Positions 37,074 through 47,247 of a stretch of 64,000 nt of DNA are shown here, piece by piece; the stretch's first letter is position 1, and every line of letters begins with the position of its first letter. The stretch is from an uncultured Gemmatimonadales bacterium. Lineage in GTDB: Bacteria; Gemmatimonadota; Gemmatimonadetes; Longimicrobiales; RSA9. The notes under the pieces are model-generated. The model was not told where the DNA came from, searched no databases, and worked only from the letters and a program-made list of their open reading frames with translations. The stretch is taken from positions 1-64,000 of the forward strand of contig OY970192.1 in the NCBI GenBank assembly GCA_963708135.1, written 5' to 3'. The position numbers were made by a program, and so were the translations under genes.

Positions 37074-38065
37074 GCGTGCGCATCCTCGTGGCCACGAACC
37101 GCGCGGTGCTCGTCATCGACCCCGCGCAAGGCGACGTCGTTGCCGCCCGCGGCCTCGCGGCCGAGCGGCCCACGTGCCTCGCCGCCGACCCGCTCGCGCC
37201 CGGGCGCGCGTGGTGCGGCACCGATCGGGGCGGCATCTTCCGCAGCGACGACGGCGGCGAGAGCTGGCGCGCGGCGGGGCTCGAGACGGAGCGGATCACA
37301 GCCGTGGCGCCGAGCACCGTGGAGCCGGACGTGGTCTGGGCGGGGACGGAGCCGAGCGCGCTCTGGCGGTCCGGGGACGGCGCCGGAAGCTGGGAGCGGC
37401 GGCCGGCGCTCGAGGCGCTGCCATCCTCGGCCGAGTGGTCGTTCCCGCCGCGCCCGGACACGCACCACGTCCGCTGGATCGCCTGCCATCCCGCACGGGC
37501 GGGGCACCTCTGGCTGGCCGTCGAAGCGGGCGCGCTCGTGACCACTACGGACGGCGGGCGCAGCTGGCGCGACCGCGTTCCGGGCGGGCCGTACGACACG
37601 CACGAGCTGGGGGTGCACGCCGCCGCGCCGGACACGCTGCGCGTGGCGGCGGGAGACGGCTACCTGGAGAGCCGGGACGGCGGGGCGACGTGGACGCGCC
37701 CCGAGGCGGGGCTCGAGGTCCGCTACCTGCGGAGCGTGGCCATCGATCCGGGCGACCCGGACACGCTCGTGGTCTCGGCGGCCACGCACCCGCACGCGGC
37801 CTACGTGGCCGGGGCCTCGGACGGGCGGCTGTTCCGCCGCGAGGGCGGCGCGCGCTGGCAGCGCGTCACGGACCGATGGCCGGAGCCGCCCGACACGATC
37901 GCGCCGCTGCTCGCGGCGGGCCGGCGGAGCGGGGAGCTGTGGGCCGCCGACGAGCGCGGCGTGCACCGGTCGGAGGACGGTGGCCGGAGCTGGCGCGGCG
38001 TCGTCGCCTTCGAGGAGACGCCGCGGAACCTGCGCGGGCTCGCGGTGGCCGACGGCGTGGATTGA
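37070..38065 (+). CDS. BNR/Asp-box repeat beta-propeller protein
   Basis: Repeated SxDGGxSW motifs (SDDGGESW, TTDGGRSW, SRDGGATW, SEDGGRSW). Confidence 0.85.
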   Translation: MSVRILVATNRAVLVIDPAQGDVVAARGLAAERPTCLAADPLAPGRAWCGTDRGGIFRSDDGGESWRAAGLETERITAVAPSTVEPDVVWAGTEPSALWRSGDGAGSWERRPALEALPSSAEWSFPPRPDTHHVRWIACHPARAGHLWLAVEAGALVTTTDGGRSWRDRVPGGPYDTHELGVHAAAPDTLRVAAGDGYLESRDGGATWTRPEAGLEVRYLRSVAIDPGDPDTLVVSAATHPHAAYVAGASDGRLFRREGGARWQRVTDRWPEPPDTIAPLLAAGRRSGELWAADERGVHRSEDGGRSWRGVVAFEETPRNLRGLAVADGVD

Positions 38066-38112
38066 GCCGTGCCGGAATTCGCCCGGGATGGCCGGAATGG
38101 CAAAGGAGGCGT

Positions 38113-38745
38113 GTGAAGCGTACCGCGAAGGGATCGTTCGAGGTGGAGCTCACGGCCGAGAAGGGGACGCCGGAGCTCGGCAGGTCGCGGCTGTTCAAGC
38201 GGTTCACCGGCGACCTGGTGGCGGAGGCGCGCGGCGAGATGCTGAGCTGGCGGGACGAGGCGACCGGCGCGGCGGCATACGTGGCGCTCGACCGGGTGAG
38301 CGGCACTCTGGCGGGACGGCCGGGCTCCTTCACGCTCACGCACGTGGGCACCATGACGGGGAAGGCCCAGGCGCTCGAGGTCCGCGTGGTGCCCGGCTCG
38401 GCGACTGACGGGCTGGTCGGACTGACCGGCACGCTCTCGATCACGATCACGGGCGGGCGCCACGACTACGAGCTCGCCTACGAGCTCCCGGACATCTCGA
38501 GGCCACCGCGCGCGCGATGCGCGCAGCCCGCGCTGGACTTGCTGTCCCGGGCGCCGCATCCTTCAGCGCGGATCACGCAGCGAGCATCGAGAGGAGCCGG
38601 CGTGGGTCGTGGCAGGAAGGCGCCAGCGGCGCCGCCGGGCCGTGGCAAGAAGGGCGTCGATGGCGGCAGGCGGCCCGTTCCGCCGCCCCGTCCGCCGCCC
38701 AGGACCAAGCCGTCCTCTCCGGCGCCGCCGCGGCGGGGCGGGTGA
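38113..38745 (+). CDS. DUF3224 family protein with low-complexity C-terminal extension
   Basis: AKGSFEV, KRFTGDL, YVALDRVSGTLAGRPGSF, VVPGSATDGLVGLTG and HDYELAY motifs; AAGGAGG RBS. Confidence 0.8.
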   Translation: MKRTAKGSFEVELTAEKGTPELGRSRLFKRFTGDLVAEARGEMLSWRDEATGAAAYVALDRVSGTLAGRPGSFTLTHVGTMTGKAQALEVRVVPGSATDGLVGLTGTLSITITGGRHDYELAYELPDISRPPRARCAQPALDLLSRAPHPSARITQRASRGAGVGRGRKAPAAPPGRGKKGVDGGRRPVPPPRPPPRTKPSSPAPPRRGG

Positions 38746-38808
38746 GGCGAGGAGTCACGGACGACGAACGCCGCTCGGCTCCCGAACCGCCCGCGATGAG
38801 GCGAACCC

Positions 38809-39510
38809 ATGAGTTGACGAGATCCTGTCCTGAGCGGGAGCGCGCTGAGGGCGGCCGCCCGCGAGTTCATCCTGATCGTTCTCGGCGTGCTGGTCGCGCT
38901 CTGGGTCAGCGACTGGAGCCAGTACCGCGCCGACCGCGGGCGCGAGCGCACCGACCTCGCGCAGCTGCTCTCGACGACGCGCGAGAACGAGGCGCGCATC
39001 CAGGCCGCCATCGAGGCCGACAGCAGCGCGCTCGACTCCGCCCGCCGGCTGCTGGCCCTGCTGCACGCGCCCGGCGCGCTGCCGTCCGAGGACACGCTCT
39101 CCGCGCTCCGCTTCGGCGCCTTCCGCTTCTCCGTCTTCTTCCCGATGACGGGCACCTACGCGGCCCTCGGCCAGACCGGCGACCTCAACCTGATCCGCGA
39201 CGACTCGCTCCGCGCCCAGGTCGCGGCCTACGCGGGCGAGATGGACGGCACCGCCCGCCAGCTCGAGGACTGGACGGCGACGTTCCACCGCAACGTCGAG
39301 GCGCTCATCCGCACCGCCCCCTTCGACCGCGTCCGCGAGGCCTACTTCGGCGAGCGCGTGGCCAGCGCGAGCTGGCGCACGGAGGCGCTCCAGCGCGCGC
39401 TCTACCTCCAGACCATCATCTCGACCAACCGGCTGCTCAACCTCCGCCAGCTGCTGGCCTCCACCCGCGCGCTGCGCGAGCGCCTCGAGCGGGTGGTGGG
39501 GACGGGGTGA
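38809..39510 (+). pseudogene. DUF6090-like membrane-anchored protein with in-frame TGA at codon 3
   Basis: GAGG RBS then ATG AGT TGA CGA GAT..., in frame with REFILIVLGVLVALWVSDW. Confidence 0.55.
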
Positions 39511-39538
39511 AGGGAAGGCAACCGATGCTCGGTGCGAG

Positions 39539-40096
39539 ATGAACGACATGACTGAGCGCACCGGAGTCCGCCTGCGCGCCGGACTGGCCGGCGCCCTGCT
39601 GGGCGCGCTGATCGGCGCGCTGGCCGCCGTCGCGTTCCTGTGGCTCGCGGGGTGGCGGCGTCCCGCGGCCGCGGCACCGGCCGGGTCGCCCTCGCGCACG
39701 GCGATGATCCACCAGCACGGCGCGATGGTGATGCCGTTCGACCTCGCCCGCACGCGCCACGTGTTCGAGATGACGCTCCACGGCGGCGTGCAGCAGGTGG
39801 TCGTGAGGAGCCCGGCGGACACGGCGCAGATCCCGCTGATCCGCCGCCATCTGCGCGAGGAGGCGGCGCGCTTTGCGGCCGGCGACTTCTCCGAGCCGAT
39901 GCACCTGCACGGCGCCGCCATGCCGGGCGCCAGCGAGCTCGCGGACGGCGCCGCCGGGCTGCACGTCACGTATGCCGAGCGGCCGGACGGCGCGCAGATC
40001 ACGTTCGAGAGCGCGGACCCCGGACTGGTCACGGCCGTGCACCGCTGGTTCGGCGCGCAGCTCTCCGACCACGGCGCGGACGCCGTGCCCCGCTGA
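39539..40096 (+). CDS. Hypothetical exported protein (His/Met-containing)
   Basis: N-terminal TM; VMPFDL..T.H.F, GDFSEPMHLHG..MPG and AVHRWFGAQLSDHG motifs. Confidence 0.7.
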   Translation: MNDMTERTGVRLRAGLAGALLGALIGALAAVAFLWLAGWRRPAAAAPAGSPSRTAMIHQHGAMVMPFDLARTRHVFEMTLHGGVQQVVVRSPADTAQIPLIRRHLREEAARFAAGDFSEPMHLHGAAMPGASELADGAAGLHVTYAERPDGAQITFESADPGLVTAVHRWFGAQLSDHGADAVPR

Positions 40097-40149
40097 CGCG
40101 GCGCAAGCGCCCGCGGCGCCCACGCCCTTCTCCCCGGAGCGGACCCACC

Positions 40150-41796
40150 ATGGCCGATCCCGGCGAGGCGACGAGCCCCCGCCCGATGCCCGACCTGCCG
40201 CGCGCCTACAACGCGGCCACGCACTTCATCGACCGGCACCTCGCCGAGGGTCGCGGCGCGAAGGCGGCGTGCCGGGATGAGCGCGGCACGACCACGTACG
40301 CCGCCCTCGCGGAGCGGGTGGGCCGCGCCGGCAACGCGCTGCTCGACCTCGGCCTCGACATGGAGCAGCGGGTGATGCTCTGCCTGCAGGATACGGCGGA
40401 CTTCCCGGCCCTCTTCTGGGGCGCGGTCAAGGCCGGTGCCGTGGCGGTCCCCGTGAACACGCTGCTCACGGCCGCGGACTACGCCTTCATGCTGCGCGAC
40501 AGCCGCGCCCGCGTGCTGGTCGCGAGCGACTCGCTCCTGCCGAAGCTCGCCCCTGCCCTCGCCGACCAGCCGTTCCTCGAGCACGTGGTCGTCTCCGGCA
40601 CGCTCCCGGAAGGCGACGTCGCCGGCCGCACGCCGCTCGCGCTCGAATCCCTGCTCGGCGCCGCGAGCCCCGCGCTCGCGCCGGCGGCGACGACCCGCGA
40701 CGACGTCGCCTTCTGGCTGTACTCCTCCGGCTCGACCGGCGCGCCCAAGGGCGCCATCCACCTGCACAGCCACCTGGTGGCCACGGCCGTGCTGTACGCC
40801 GAGAACGTGCTGGGCATGCGCGAGGACGACGTCGTCTTCTCCGCCGCCAAGCTCTTCTTTGCCTACGGGCTCGGCAACGCCATGACCTTCCCGCTGCACG
40901 TGGGCGCGACCGCGGCGCTCCTGCGCGGCCGCCCCACGCCGGCGGCCTGCATGGAGATGCTGCGCACGCACCGGCCCACGATCTTCTGCGGCGTGCCCAC
41001 GCTCTTCGCCTCGATGCTCGCCGACGAGGCGAACGACCGCGCCCACGCGTCCGACCGGCTGCGCGTCTGCACCTCCGCCGGCGAGGCGCTGCCGAGGGAC
41101 ATCGGCGAGCGGTGGGAGGCGCGCTTCGGCGCCCCGATCCTCGACGGCCTCGGCTCGACGGAGATGCTCCACATCTTCCTCTCGAACCGGCCCGGCGACA
41201 TCGCCTACGGCACCACCGGCCGGCCGGTGCCCGGCTTCGCCCTGCGGCTGATGGACGACGACGGCGTCCCCGTCCCCGACGGTGACATCGGCGAGCTGTG
41301 GGTGAGCGGGCCGTCCGCCGCCGCCGGCTACTGGAACAACCGCGAGAAGACGCTGGCCACCTTCCACGGCCCCTGGATCCGCACCGGCGACCGCTACACC
41401 CGCGACGCGGACGGACGCTACACCTACGCCGGCCGCTCGGACGACATGCTCAAGGCCGGCGGCATCTGGGTCTCGCCCGTCGAGGTCGAGAACACGCTGA
41501 TCGAGCACGAGGCCGTGCTCGAGGCCGCCGTCGTCGGCCGTGAGGATGATGAGGGGCTGACGAAGCCGATGGCGTTCGTCGTGCTGCGCCAGGGCTTCGA
41601 GGCCTCCGCCGACCTCGCCGCGGCGCTCCAGGCGTTCGTCAAGCGCCGGCTCGCCCCGTACAAGTACCCGCGCTGGGTCGAGTTCATCGACGCGCTGCCC
41701 AAGACCGCCACGGGCAAGATCCGGCGGTTCCAGCTGCGGGAGCGGCTGAGAGGCGGTAGAGGGCAGACGAATCCAGATCCGAATCCGGGCACGTAG
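40150..41796 (+). CDS. Benzoate-CoA ligase family protein
   Basis: FWLYSSGSTGAPKG, KLFFAYGLGN, DGLGSTEMLHIF and LPKTATGKI motifs. Confidence 0.92.
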   Translation: MADPGEATSPRPMPDLPRAYNAATHFIDRHLAEGRGAKAACRDERGTTTYAALAERVGRAGNALLDLGLDMEQRVMLCLQDTADFPALFWGAVKAGAVAVPVNTLLTAADYAFMLRDSRARVLVASDSLLPKLAPALADQPFLEHVVVSGTLPEGDVAGRTPLALESLLGAASPALAPAATTRDDVAFWLYSSGSTGAPKGAIHLHSHLVATAVLYAENVLGMREDDVVFSAAKLFFAYGLGNAMTFPLHVGATAALLRGRPTPAACMEMLRTHRPTIFCGVPTLFASMLADEANDRAHASDRLRVCTSAGEALPRDIGERWEARFGAPILDGLGSTEMLHIFLSNRPGDIAYGTTGRPVPGFALRLMDDDGVPVPDGDIGELWVSGPSAAAGYWNNREKTLATFHGPWIRTGDRYTRDADGRYTYAGRSDDMLKAGGIWVSPVEVENTLIEHEAVLEAAVVGREDDEGLTKPMAFVVLRQGFEASADLAAALQAFVKRRLAPYKYPRWVEFIDALPKTATGKIRRFQLRERLRGGRGQTNPDPNPGT

Positions 41797-41899
41797 CGCC
41801 GGAATCCGGCTCCGGCCGTTCGTGGCAGCACCGCCGGACCCGGATCCGGGTTCCGCGCCTGCGGCGCCGGACCCGGATTGGTCGAACCACGGGAGCGGC

Positions 41900-42676
41900 A
41901 TGGCGTTCCTCGAAATCGACGGCGTCCGCCTCGAGGCGGCGTGGCACGGCCCGCCGCCGGACGCGGCGCCCACGCTCGTGTTCCTGCACGAGGGACTGGG
42001 CTCCGTCTCGCTGTGGCGGGATTTCCCCGCGCGCCTCGCCGAGGCCACCGGCTGTGGCGCGCTGGTTTACAGCCGCCGGGGCTACGGCCGCTCCGATCCG
42101 GTCGAGCTGCCGCGGCCCGTCGACTTCATGCACCGCGAGGCGACGGTGCTCGGCCGCGTGCTCGACGTGGCGGCGGTCGCGGAGGCGATCCTCGTCGGGC
42201 ACAGCGACGGCGCCTCGATCGCGCTCATCCATGCCGGCCGCGACGGCGGCGCGCGCGTGCGCGCGCTCGCCCTCGAGGCGCCGCACGTGTTCGTGGAGGA
42301 CGTGACCGTGCGGAGCATCGCGGACATCGGCGAGGTGTTCCGGACCACGGAGCTGCCGGAGAAGCTGGAGCGCCACCACGGCGCGAACGTCGAGGGCGCG
42401 TTCCGCGGCTGGACCGAGGTGTGGCTCGACCCGGCGTTCCGGGGCTGGAACATCGAGGAGTACCTGCCGGGTGTGCGCGTGCCGGTGCTGGTGGTGCAGG
42501 GCCTGGACGACGAGTACGGCACCGCGGCACAGGTGCAGGCCGTTGCGCGCGGCGTGGCCGGGCCGGTCGAGACGGTCTTTCTCGAGCGCTGCGGGCACTC
42601 ACCGCACCGGGACCGGCCGGAGGCGGTGCTGGAGGCGATGAACGCTTTTGTCAGCGCACTCGGCCGTGCTCGGTAG
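41900..42676 (+). CDS. Alpha/beta hydrolase
   Basis: FLHEGLGS, GHSDG nucleophile, QGLDDEYG and CGHSPH motifs. Confidence 0.9.
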   Translation: MAFLEIDGVRLEAAWHGPPPDAAPTLVFLHEGLGSVSLWRDFPARLAEATGCGALVYSRRGYGRSDPVELPRPVDFMHREATVLGRVLDVAAVAEAILVGHSDGASIALIHAGRDGGARVRALALEAPHVFVEDVTVRSIADIGEVFRTTELPEKLERHHGANVEGAFRGWTEVWLDPAFRGWNIEEYLPGVRVPVLVVQGLDDEYGTAAQVQAVARGVAGPVETVFLERCGHSPHRDRPEAVLEAMNAFVSALGRAR

Positions 42677-42689
42677 GTGGCTGGACTGG

Positions 42690-42736
42690 AGATCCGGGAT
42701 TTGGGATTCGGGGCTCGGGCTCGGGCTCGGGCTCGG
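42690..42736. repeat. Intergenic short tandem repeats (GGGCTC)n and GGGAT(T/C)-like units
   Basis: GATCCGGGATTTGGGATTCGGGGCTCGGGCTCGGGCTCGGGCTCGG. Confidence 0.75.
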
Positions 42737-42804
42737 CGCCGGGGGGACTGCCGAAAGGGAATGCGAAAGCGAATGCAGGAGCGGGAAAGGCGCGGGAGGG
42801 CGCG

Positions 42805-43434
42805 GTGAGACCGGAGCGGCTCGTCGCATTCAGTGATGGCGTGCTGGCCATTCTCATCACCATTACGGTGCTCGAGCTGCGGCAGCCGGCGGGGGCGGCG
42901 CTCGTGGACCTGCGGCCGGTGGTGCCGGTGTTCCTCTCTTACGTGCTGAGCTTCGTTTACCTGGGGATCTACTGGAACAACCACCACCACATGCTGCAGG
43001 TGACGGAGCGTGTGAGCGGCGGTGTGCTGTGGGCCAACCTGCACCTGCTGTTCTGGCTCTCGCTGGTGCCGTTCGTGACCGGGTGGATGGGGGAGAACCA
43101 CGCGGCGGCGGCGCCGATGGCGGTGTACGGCGTGGTGCTGCTCATGGCGGCGGTCGCCTACTTCATCCTGCAGCAGACCATCATCGCCGTGCAGGGGCCG
43201 GACTCGCTGCTGCGGCGGGCGCTCGGGCCGGACCTGAAAGGCAAGATTTCGCCGGTGCTGTACGTGCTGGCGATCGGCGCGGCGTTCCTGCGGCCGTGGC
43301 TCGCGGCGACGATCTACGTGGTCGTGGCCCTGATGTGGCTGGTGCCGGACCGGCGGATCGAGCGGGCGATCGAGGGTGAGCCCGTCGCAGATGAGGATCG
43401 GAGCAGGAGCATCCCCCGGGCTACTTCCGGATGA
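42805..43434 (+). CDS. TMEM175-family K+ channel
   Basis: RLVAFSDGVLAI FSD motif, YWNNHHH, multiple TM helices. Confidence 0.92.
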   Translation: MRPERLVAFSDGVLAILITITVLELRQPAGAALVDLRPVVPVFLSYVLSFVYLGIYWNNHHHMLQVTERVSGGVLWANLHLLFWLSLVPFVTGWMGENHAAAAPMAVYGVVLLMAAVAYFILQQTIIAVQGPDSLLRRALGPDLKGKISPVLYVLAIGAAFLRPWLAATIYVVVALMWLVPDRRIERAIEGEPVADEDRSRSIPRATSG

Positions 43435-44320
43435 AGGTGCCGTCCTGCAGCTCGGCCCAGGCCTGGCGCAGCTCGTCCTCGGTGTTCATGACGATCGGGC
43501 CGTACCAGGCGACGGGCTCGCGGATCGGCCGACCCGAGACCAGCAGGAATCGGATCCCTTCCTCGCCCGCCTGCACGGTGACCTCGTCGCCCGGGTCAAA
43601 GAGCACGAGCGAGCGGTTGCCGACGGACTCGCGGACGGGGACGTCGCTGTCCTCGCGCTCCGTGAGTACGCCGAACGGCTCGGACGCGTCCCGGAAGACG
43701 CCGCTCCCCTCGAAGACGTAGGCGAAGCCGTGGCGGTCCATCTCGACGGGCAGCGTCCTGCGCCGACCGGGCGGGACGGACACATCCAGGTAGCGCGGGT
43801 CGGCCGCGATGCCGTCCACGGGGCCGGTCTTCCCCCAGAAGGTGCCGCAGACGACACGCACCACGGTGCCATCGTCGTCGATGATCTCGGGGATCGCGGG
43901 CGCCTCGATGTCCTGGTAGCGCGGCTCGGTCATCTTGAGGGATCTCGGCAGGTTGGCCCAGAGCTGGAAGCCGTGCATGCGGCCGCGCGGGTCGCCCTGC
44001 GGCATCTCCTGGTGCAGGATGCCGCGCCCGGCGGTCATCCACTGCACGTCGCCGGCGCCCAGCTTGCCGGTGTTGCCGAGGCTGTCGCCGTGCTCGACGG
44101 AGCCGGCCAGCACGTAAGTGATCGTCTCGATGCCGCGGTGCGGGTGCCACGGGAAGCCGGCGCGGTAGTCCTCGGGCCGCTCGTTGCGGAAGTCGTCGAG
44201 CAGCAGGAACGGGTCGAACTCCGCCGTGTCGCCGAAGCCGAAGGCACGGCGCAGGTGGACGCCCGCGCCCTCGAGTGTCGGGCGGGCCTGGACGATGCGT
44301 TTGACGGGTCGGATCGACAT
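43421..44320 (-). CDS. Pirin family protein
   Basis: DPFLLLDDF, HPHRGIET, QWMTAGRGILHQE and GPIVMN motifs. Confidence 0.95.
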   Translation of the reverse strand: MSIRPVKRIVQARPTLEGAGVHLRRAFGFGDTAEFDPFLLLDDFRNERPEDYRAGFPWHPHRGIETITYVLAGSVEHGDSLGNTGKLGAGDVQWMTAGRGILHQEMPQGDPRGRMHGFQLWANLPRSLKMTEPRYQDIEAPAIPEIIDDDGTVVRVVCGTFWGKTGPVDGIAADPRYLDVSVPPGRRRTLPVEMDRHGFAYVFEGSGVFRDASEPFGVLTEREDSDVPVRESVGNRSLVLFDPGDEVTVQAGEEGIRFLLVSGRPIREPVAWYGPIVMNTEDELRQAWAELQDGTFIRK

Positions 44321-44480
44321 GGTTCCTCATCGCTCTTCCGGGGGGTCGCGTTCTCAATACCTCTGTACACTTCGGGGTTCCGATCGGCAGGTTGGAACGA
44401 ACCGGCTGCCTCCGGGCACGCACGGGCGTACTCCTCCCGAGCGGACGGGTCATGTCGACCGGGACGGAATGGAGGCTCCG

Positions 44481-45053
44481 ATGAGCTGGATTGCATTCCT
44501 CCGCGGCATCAACGTGGGCGGGCACGTCGTGAAGATGGACGCGCTGCGGGAGCTTTTTTCCGGGATGGGCTTCGCGGACCTCGCCACCTTCATCGCCAGC
44601 GGCAACGTGATCTTCGACGCCGGCAGGGACGCGGAGGCGGCCGCGCTCGAGGCCCGGATCGAGCGCGAGCTCGAGGCGGCGCTCGGCTACGCGGTGGCGA
44701 CCTTCGTCCGCTCGCCCCACGAGCTCGCGGCGGTGGCGGCGCGGGCGGGCGGGCACGGAGAAGCGGCGGCCGCGCTGTTCCAGCCGGAGCGGCTCGCCGC
44801 CGAGGGCACGCGCGTCCACATCGGGTTCCTCAAGGCGCCGCCGTCGGTGGCCGCCGCGGAGGTGCTGGACGCCAGCCGCACGCCGGACGACGACTTCGCG
44901 GTCCATGGCCGCGAAGTCTACTGGCTGCGCCGCGGCCGGATGAGCGACTCGGCCTTCACCACGGCGGCCTTCGAGCGTGCGCTCGGCGCGCCATCGACGT
45001 GGCGCAACGCGAACACCGTCCGCCGCATGGCGGCGAAGCACGGGCCGGCGTGA
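44481..45053 (+). CDS. DUF1697 family protein
   Basis: AFLRGINVGG, TFIASGNVIF and TWRNANTV motifs. Confidence 0.88.
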   Translation: MSWIAFLRGINVGGHVVKMDALRELFSGMGFADLATFIASGNVIFDAGRDAEAAALEARIERELEAALGYAVATFVRSPHELAAVAARAGGHGEAAAALFQPERLAAEGTRVHIGFLKAPPSVAAAEVLDASRTPDDDFAVHGREVYWLRRGRMSDSAFTTAAFERALGAPSTWRNANTVRRMAAKHGPA

Positions 45054-45075
45054 GGGCCCGGGAATGGAGCGGGCG

Positions 45076-45389
45076 ATGGCGGTCGTGATCGAGACGGAGC
45101 GGCTCCGGCTGCGGCCCTTCCGCGAGGAGGACCTGGACGCGTACGCGGCGTTGTGCGCGGACCCCGAGGTCATGCGCTTCCTGGGCGGGCCGCTCACCCG
45201 CGAGGGGGCGTGGCGCCAGATGGCCTTCTTCCTGGGCCACTGGCAGCTGCGCGGCTTCGGCATCCTGGCCGCGGAGGAGCGCGCGGGCGGGGCGCTCGCG
45301 TGGCCGAGCGGCTGGGCGAAGCGCCGGAGGGCCGGGCGGTGGTGCAGGGGCACGAGGTGATCGTCTACGGGATCCGGAGGCCATCATGA
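45076..45389 (+). pseudogene. RimJ/RimL-type GNAT acetyltransferase remnant (internal deletion plus frameshift)
   Basis: IETERLRLRPF...GHWQLRGFG in one frame joins RVAERLG...VIVYGI in another near 45295; the acetyl-CoA-binding middle is absent. Confidence 0.75.
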
Positions 45390-46453
45390 TGCGGTCCGGG
45401 GGAGCGGGGGTGGCCAGCGTGGCCGCCGGCGCCGCGGCGCTTCTCGCGGCGGCACTTCTCGGCTGCGGCGGATCGGGCGCGGCGGACCGGCAGGCGGGCG
45501 GGGGAGCGGCGGGCGCCGGCCCGTCCGCGGGCGTCGCGGCCCTGGCCGGCTGCTTCGCGGGCACGGGGCTGCGCGCGGGCGGAGGCGCGGCGCGCGGCGG
45601 CGTCGAGATGCCGGCCACGCTCGTGCTCGACTCGGTCGTGGAGCCGGGCGGCAGCCGCTTCCACGCCCGCGTCGTGGGCGCGGGCCGGGTGAGCGCCGGT
45701 CTGTGGCACCCGGCCTCGGAGGACAGCATCGCGCTGGCGGTGACCGGCGCGTACCCGCCGGCGCTGTACGCGCTGCGCCGGGACGGCAACCGCCTGTTCG
45801 GCACCGGACAGCTCGCCTCGATGGTGCCCGGCGTCGAGGTAGACACGAGCACGTGGCCGGTGTCTCTCGAGCGGACGGCCTGTGCGCCGGTGCTCCGTCC
45901 GCTCGAGCCGGCCGGCGGCGCGGCCGCGCCCTTCCCGCCGGCGCTCCGCACGGAGCTCGCCGCCATGGGGCAGGCGGATCAGGAGGACCGCAAGGGGATG
46001 ACCGCAGCCACGATGGGCGACAGCGCGGCGCTCGCGCGGCTCGCGCGGGCCGACTCCGCGCGCACGGAGCGGCTCCGGGCCATCATCCGCCAGGTGGGCT
46101 GGCCGACGCCCTCGCGGGCGGGAGAGGCCGCCTCGGAGGCGGCGTTCCTCGTGCTACAGCACAGCCCGGACGCGGGCTTCCAGCGGCGGATGGCGCCCGT
46201 CATCGACTCCCTTGCCCACGTGGGCGAAGCGTCGGGGCAGGACGCGGCGCTGCTGATCGACCGGGTCCTCAAGGGGCAGGGGCTGCCGCAACGCTACGGC
46301 TCGCAGTTCGACATGAAGGAGGGGCGCCTCGTCCCCTATCCCGTCGAGGATTCCGCGGGCCTCGAGGCCCGCCGCGCCGCCGTCGGCCTCATGCCCATGG
46401 CGCAGTATGTCGAGATGCTCCGCGCGATGTACAGGGCTCCCGCCGGTCCGTAA
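45386..46453 (+). CDS. Lipoprotein with C-terminal DUF6624-like domain
   Basis: LLGC lipobox; DQEDR, IIRQVGWP, AFLVLQHS and DRVL...QRYGSQ motifs. Confidence 0.7.
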   Translation: MMRSGGAGVASVAAGAAALLAAALLGCGGSGAADRQAGGGAAGAGPSAGVAALAGCFAGTGLRAGGGAARGGVEMPATLVLDSVVEPGGSRFHARVVGAGRVSAGLWHPASEDSIALAVTGAYPPALYALRRDGNRLFGTGQLASMVPGVEVDTSTWPVSLERTACAPVLRPLEPAGGAAAPFPPALRTELAAMGQADQEDRKGMTAATMGDSAALARLARADSARTERLRAIIRQVGWPTPSRAGEAASEAAFLVLQHSPDAGFQRRMAPVIDSLAHVGEASGQDAALLIDRVLKGQGLPQRYGSQFDMKEGRLVPYPVEDSAGLEARRAAVGLMPMAQYVEMLRAMYRAPAGP

Positions 46454-46543
46454 GAGGCGGGTGGAGGCCGAGCACCGGCTGCTCGCGGAGGTGCTCGGCC
46501 TCCGGCACGCGCGCGCCACTGGTCTCCACCCCAGGGCGGAACT

Positions 46544-47245
46544 CTAGGGCGGAGAGGCTCCACCGCCGGACGCGCAGGCCGCGGCGTCGCGCGCGCGCAG
46601 CTCGGCCCGGTAGATGTGCCAGCGCCGCGCCGCCGGCGGCGCGCCCTCGACCACGACCCGGCGCAGCGTGTAGGTGCCGGTGAAGCACTGCGCCTCTCCC
46701 GCGCTGGTGCGGGCCCGGACGGCGACCGGCACGTCGATGTAGCGCGACCCCGCGGCGCCCTCGATCCGCCCCGGTGTGCCCGGCACGACCCGCGCGGACG
46801 CCGTGCCCGCGAAGCCCTTCCGGAACGCCGGCTCCGTCTGTCCGCTCGCCCGCCCCTCGTCGCCCCAGTACGCGTACGCCCGGGAGTAGTCCCGCGCGGT
46901 GATCGCCGCATAGTAGTCCCGCAGCACCGCGAGCGCCGCGGCCACGCCGCCGCTGTCGGCCGGCGGTACCGGCCCGCCCGCGGCCACGGCGCCGCCGGGC
47001 CTGCCCGTTGCCGATGAGGTGGTGTCCGCCCCCCCGCCCGCCCCTGCGGTTGCCGCCGGGCCGCCTGTTGCCCCCGACCCCGCGGTCGCCCGTTGGCCTG
47101 CCCTTGCCGCTGCCCCCGCGCTCGCGCTTGCCCTTGCGCTTGCGGCCGTGTCCGTCGCGCTCCGCCCGCCGCCGCTCCCGCCACAGCCCGACACCGCCAG
47201 CAGCACCGCCACGGTGCGCAGCCCGACCCGCCCCGGCTTCGCCAT
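46544..47245 (-). CDS. Hypothetical lipoprotein
   Basis: VSGC lipobox; YYAAI..RDY.RAY..W and EGAAGSRYIDVPV C-terminal domain. Confidence 0.7.
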   Translation of the reverse strand: MAKPGRVGLRTVAVLLAVSGCGGSGGGRSATDTAASARASASAGAAARAGQRATAGSGATGGPAATAGAGGGADTTSSATGRPGGAVAAGGPVPPADSGGVAAALAVLRDYYAAITARDYSRAYAYWGDEGRASGQTEPAFRKGFAGTASARVVPGTPGRIEGAAGSRYIDVPVAVRARTSAGEAQCFTGTYTLRRVVVEGAPPAARRWHIYRAELRARDAAACASGGGASPP

Positions 47246-47247
47246 CC

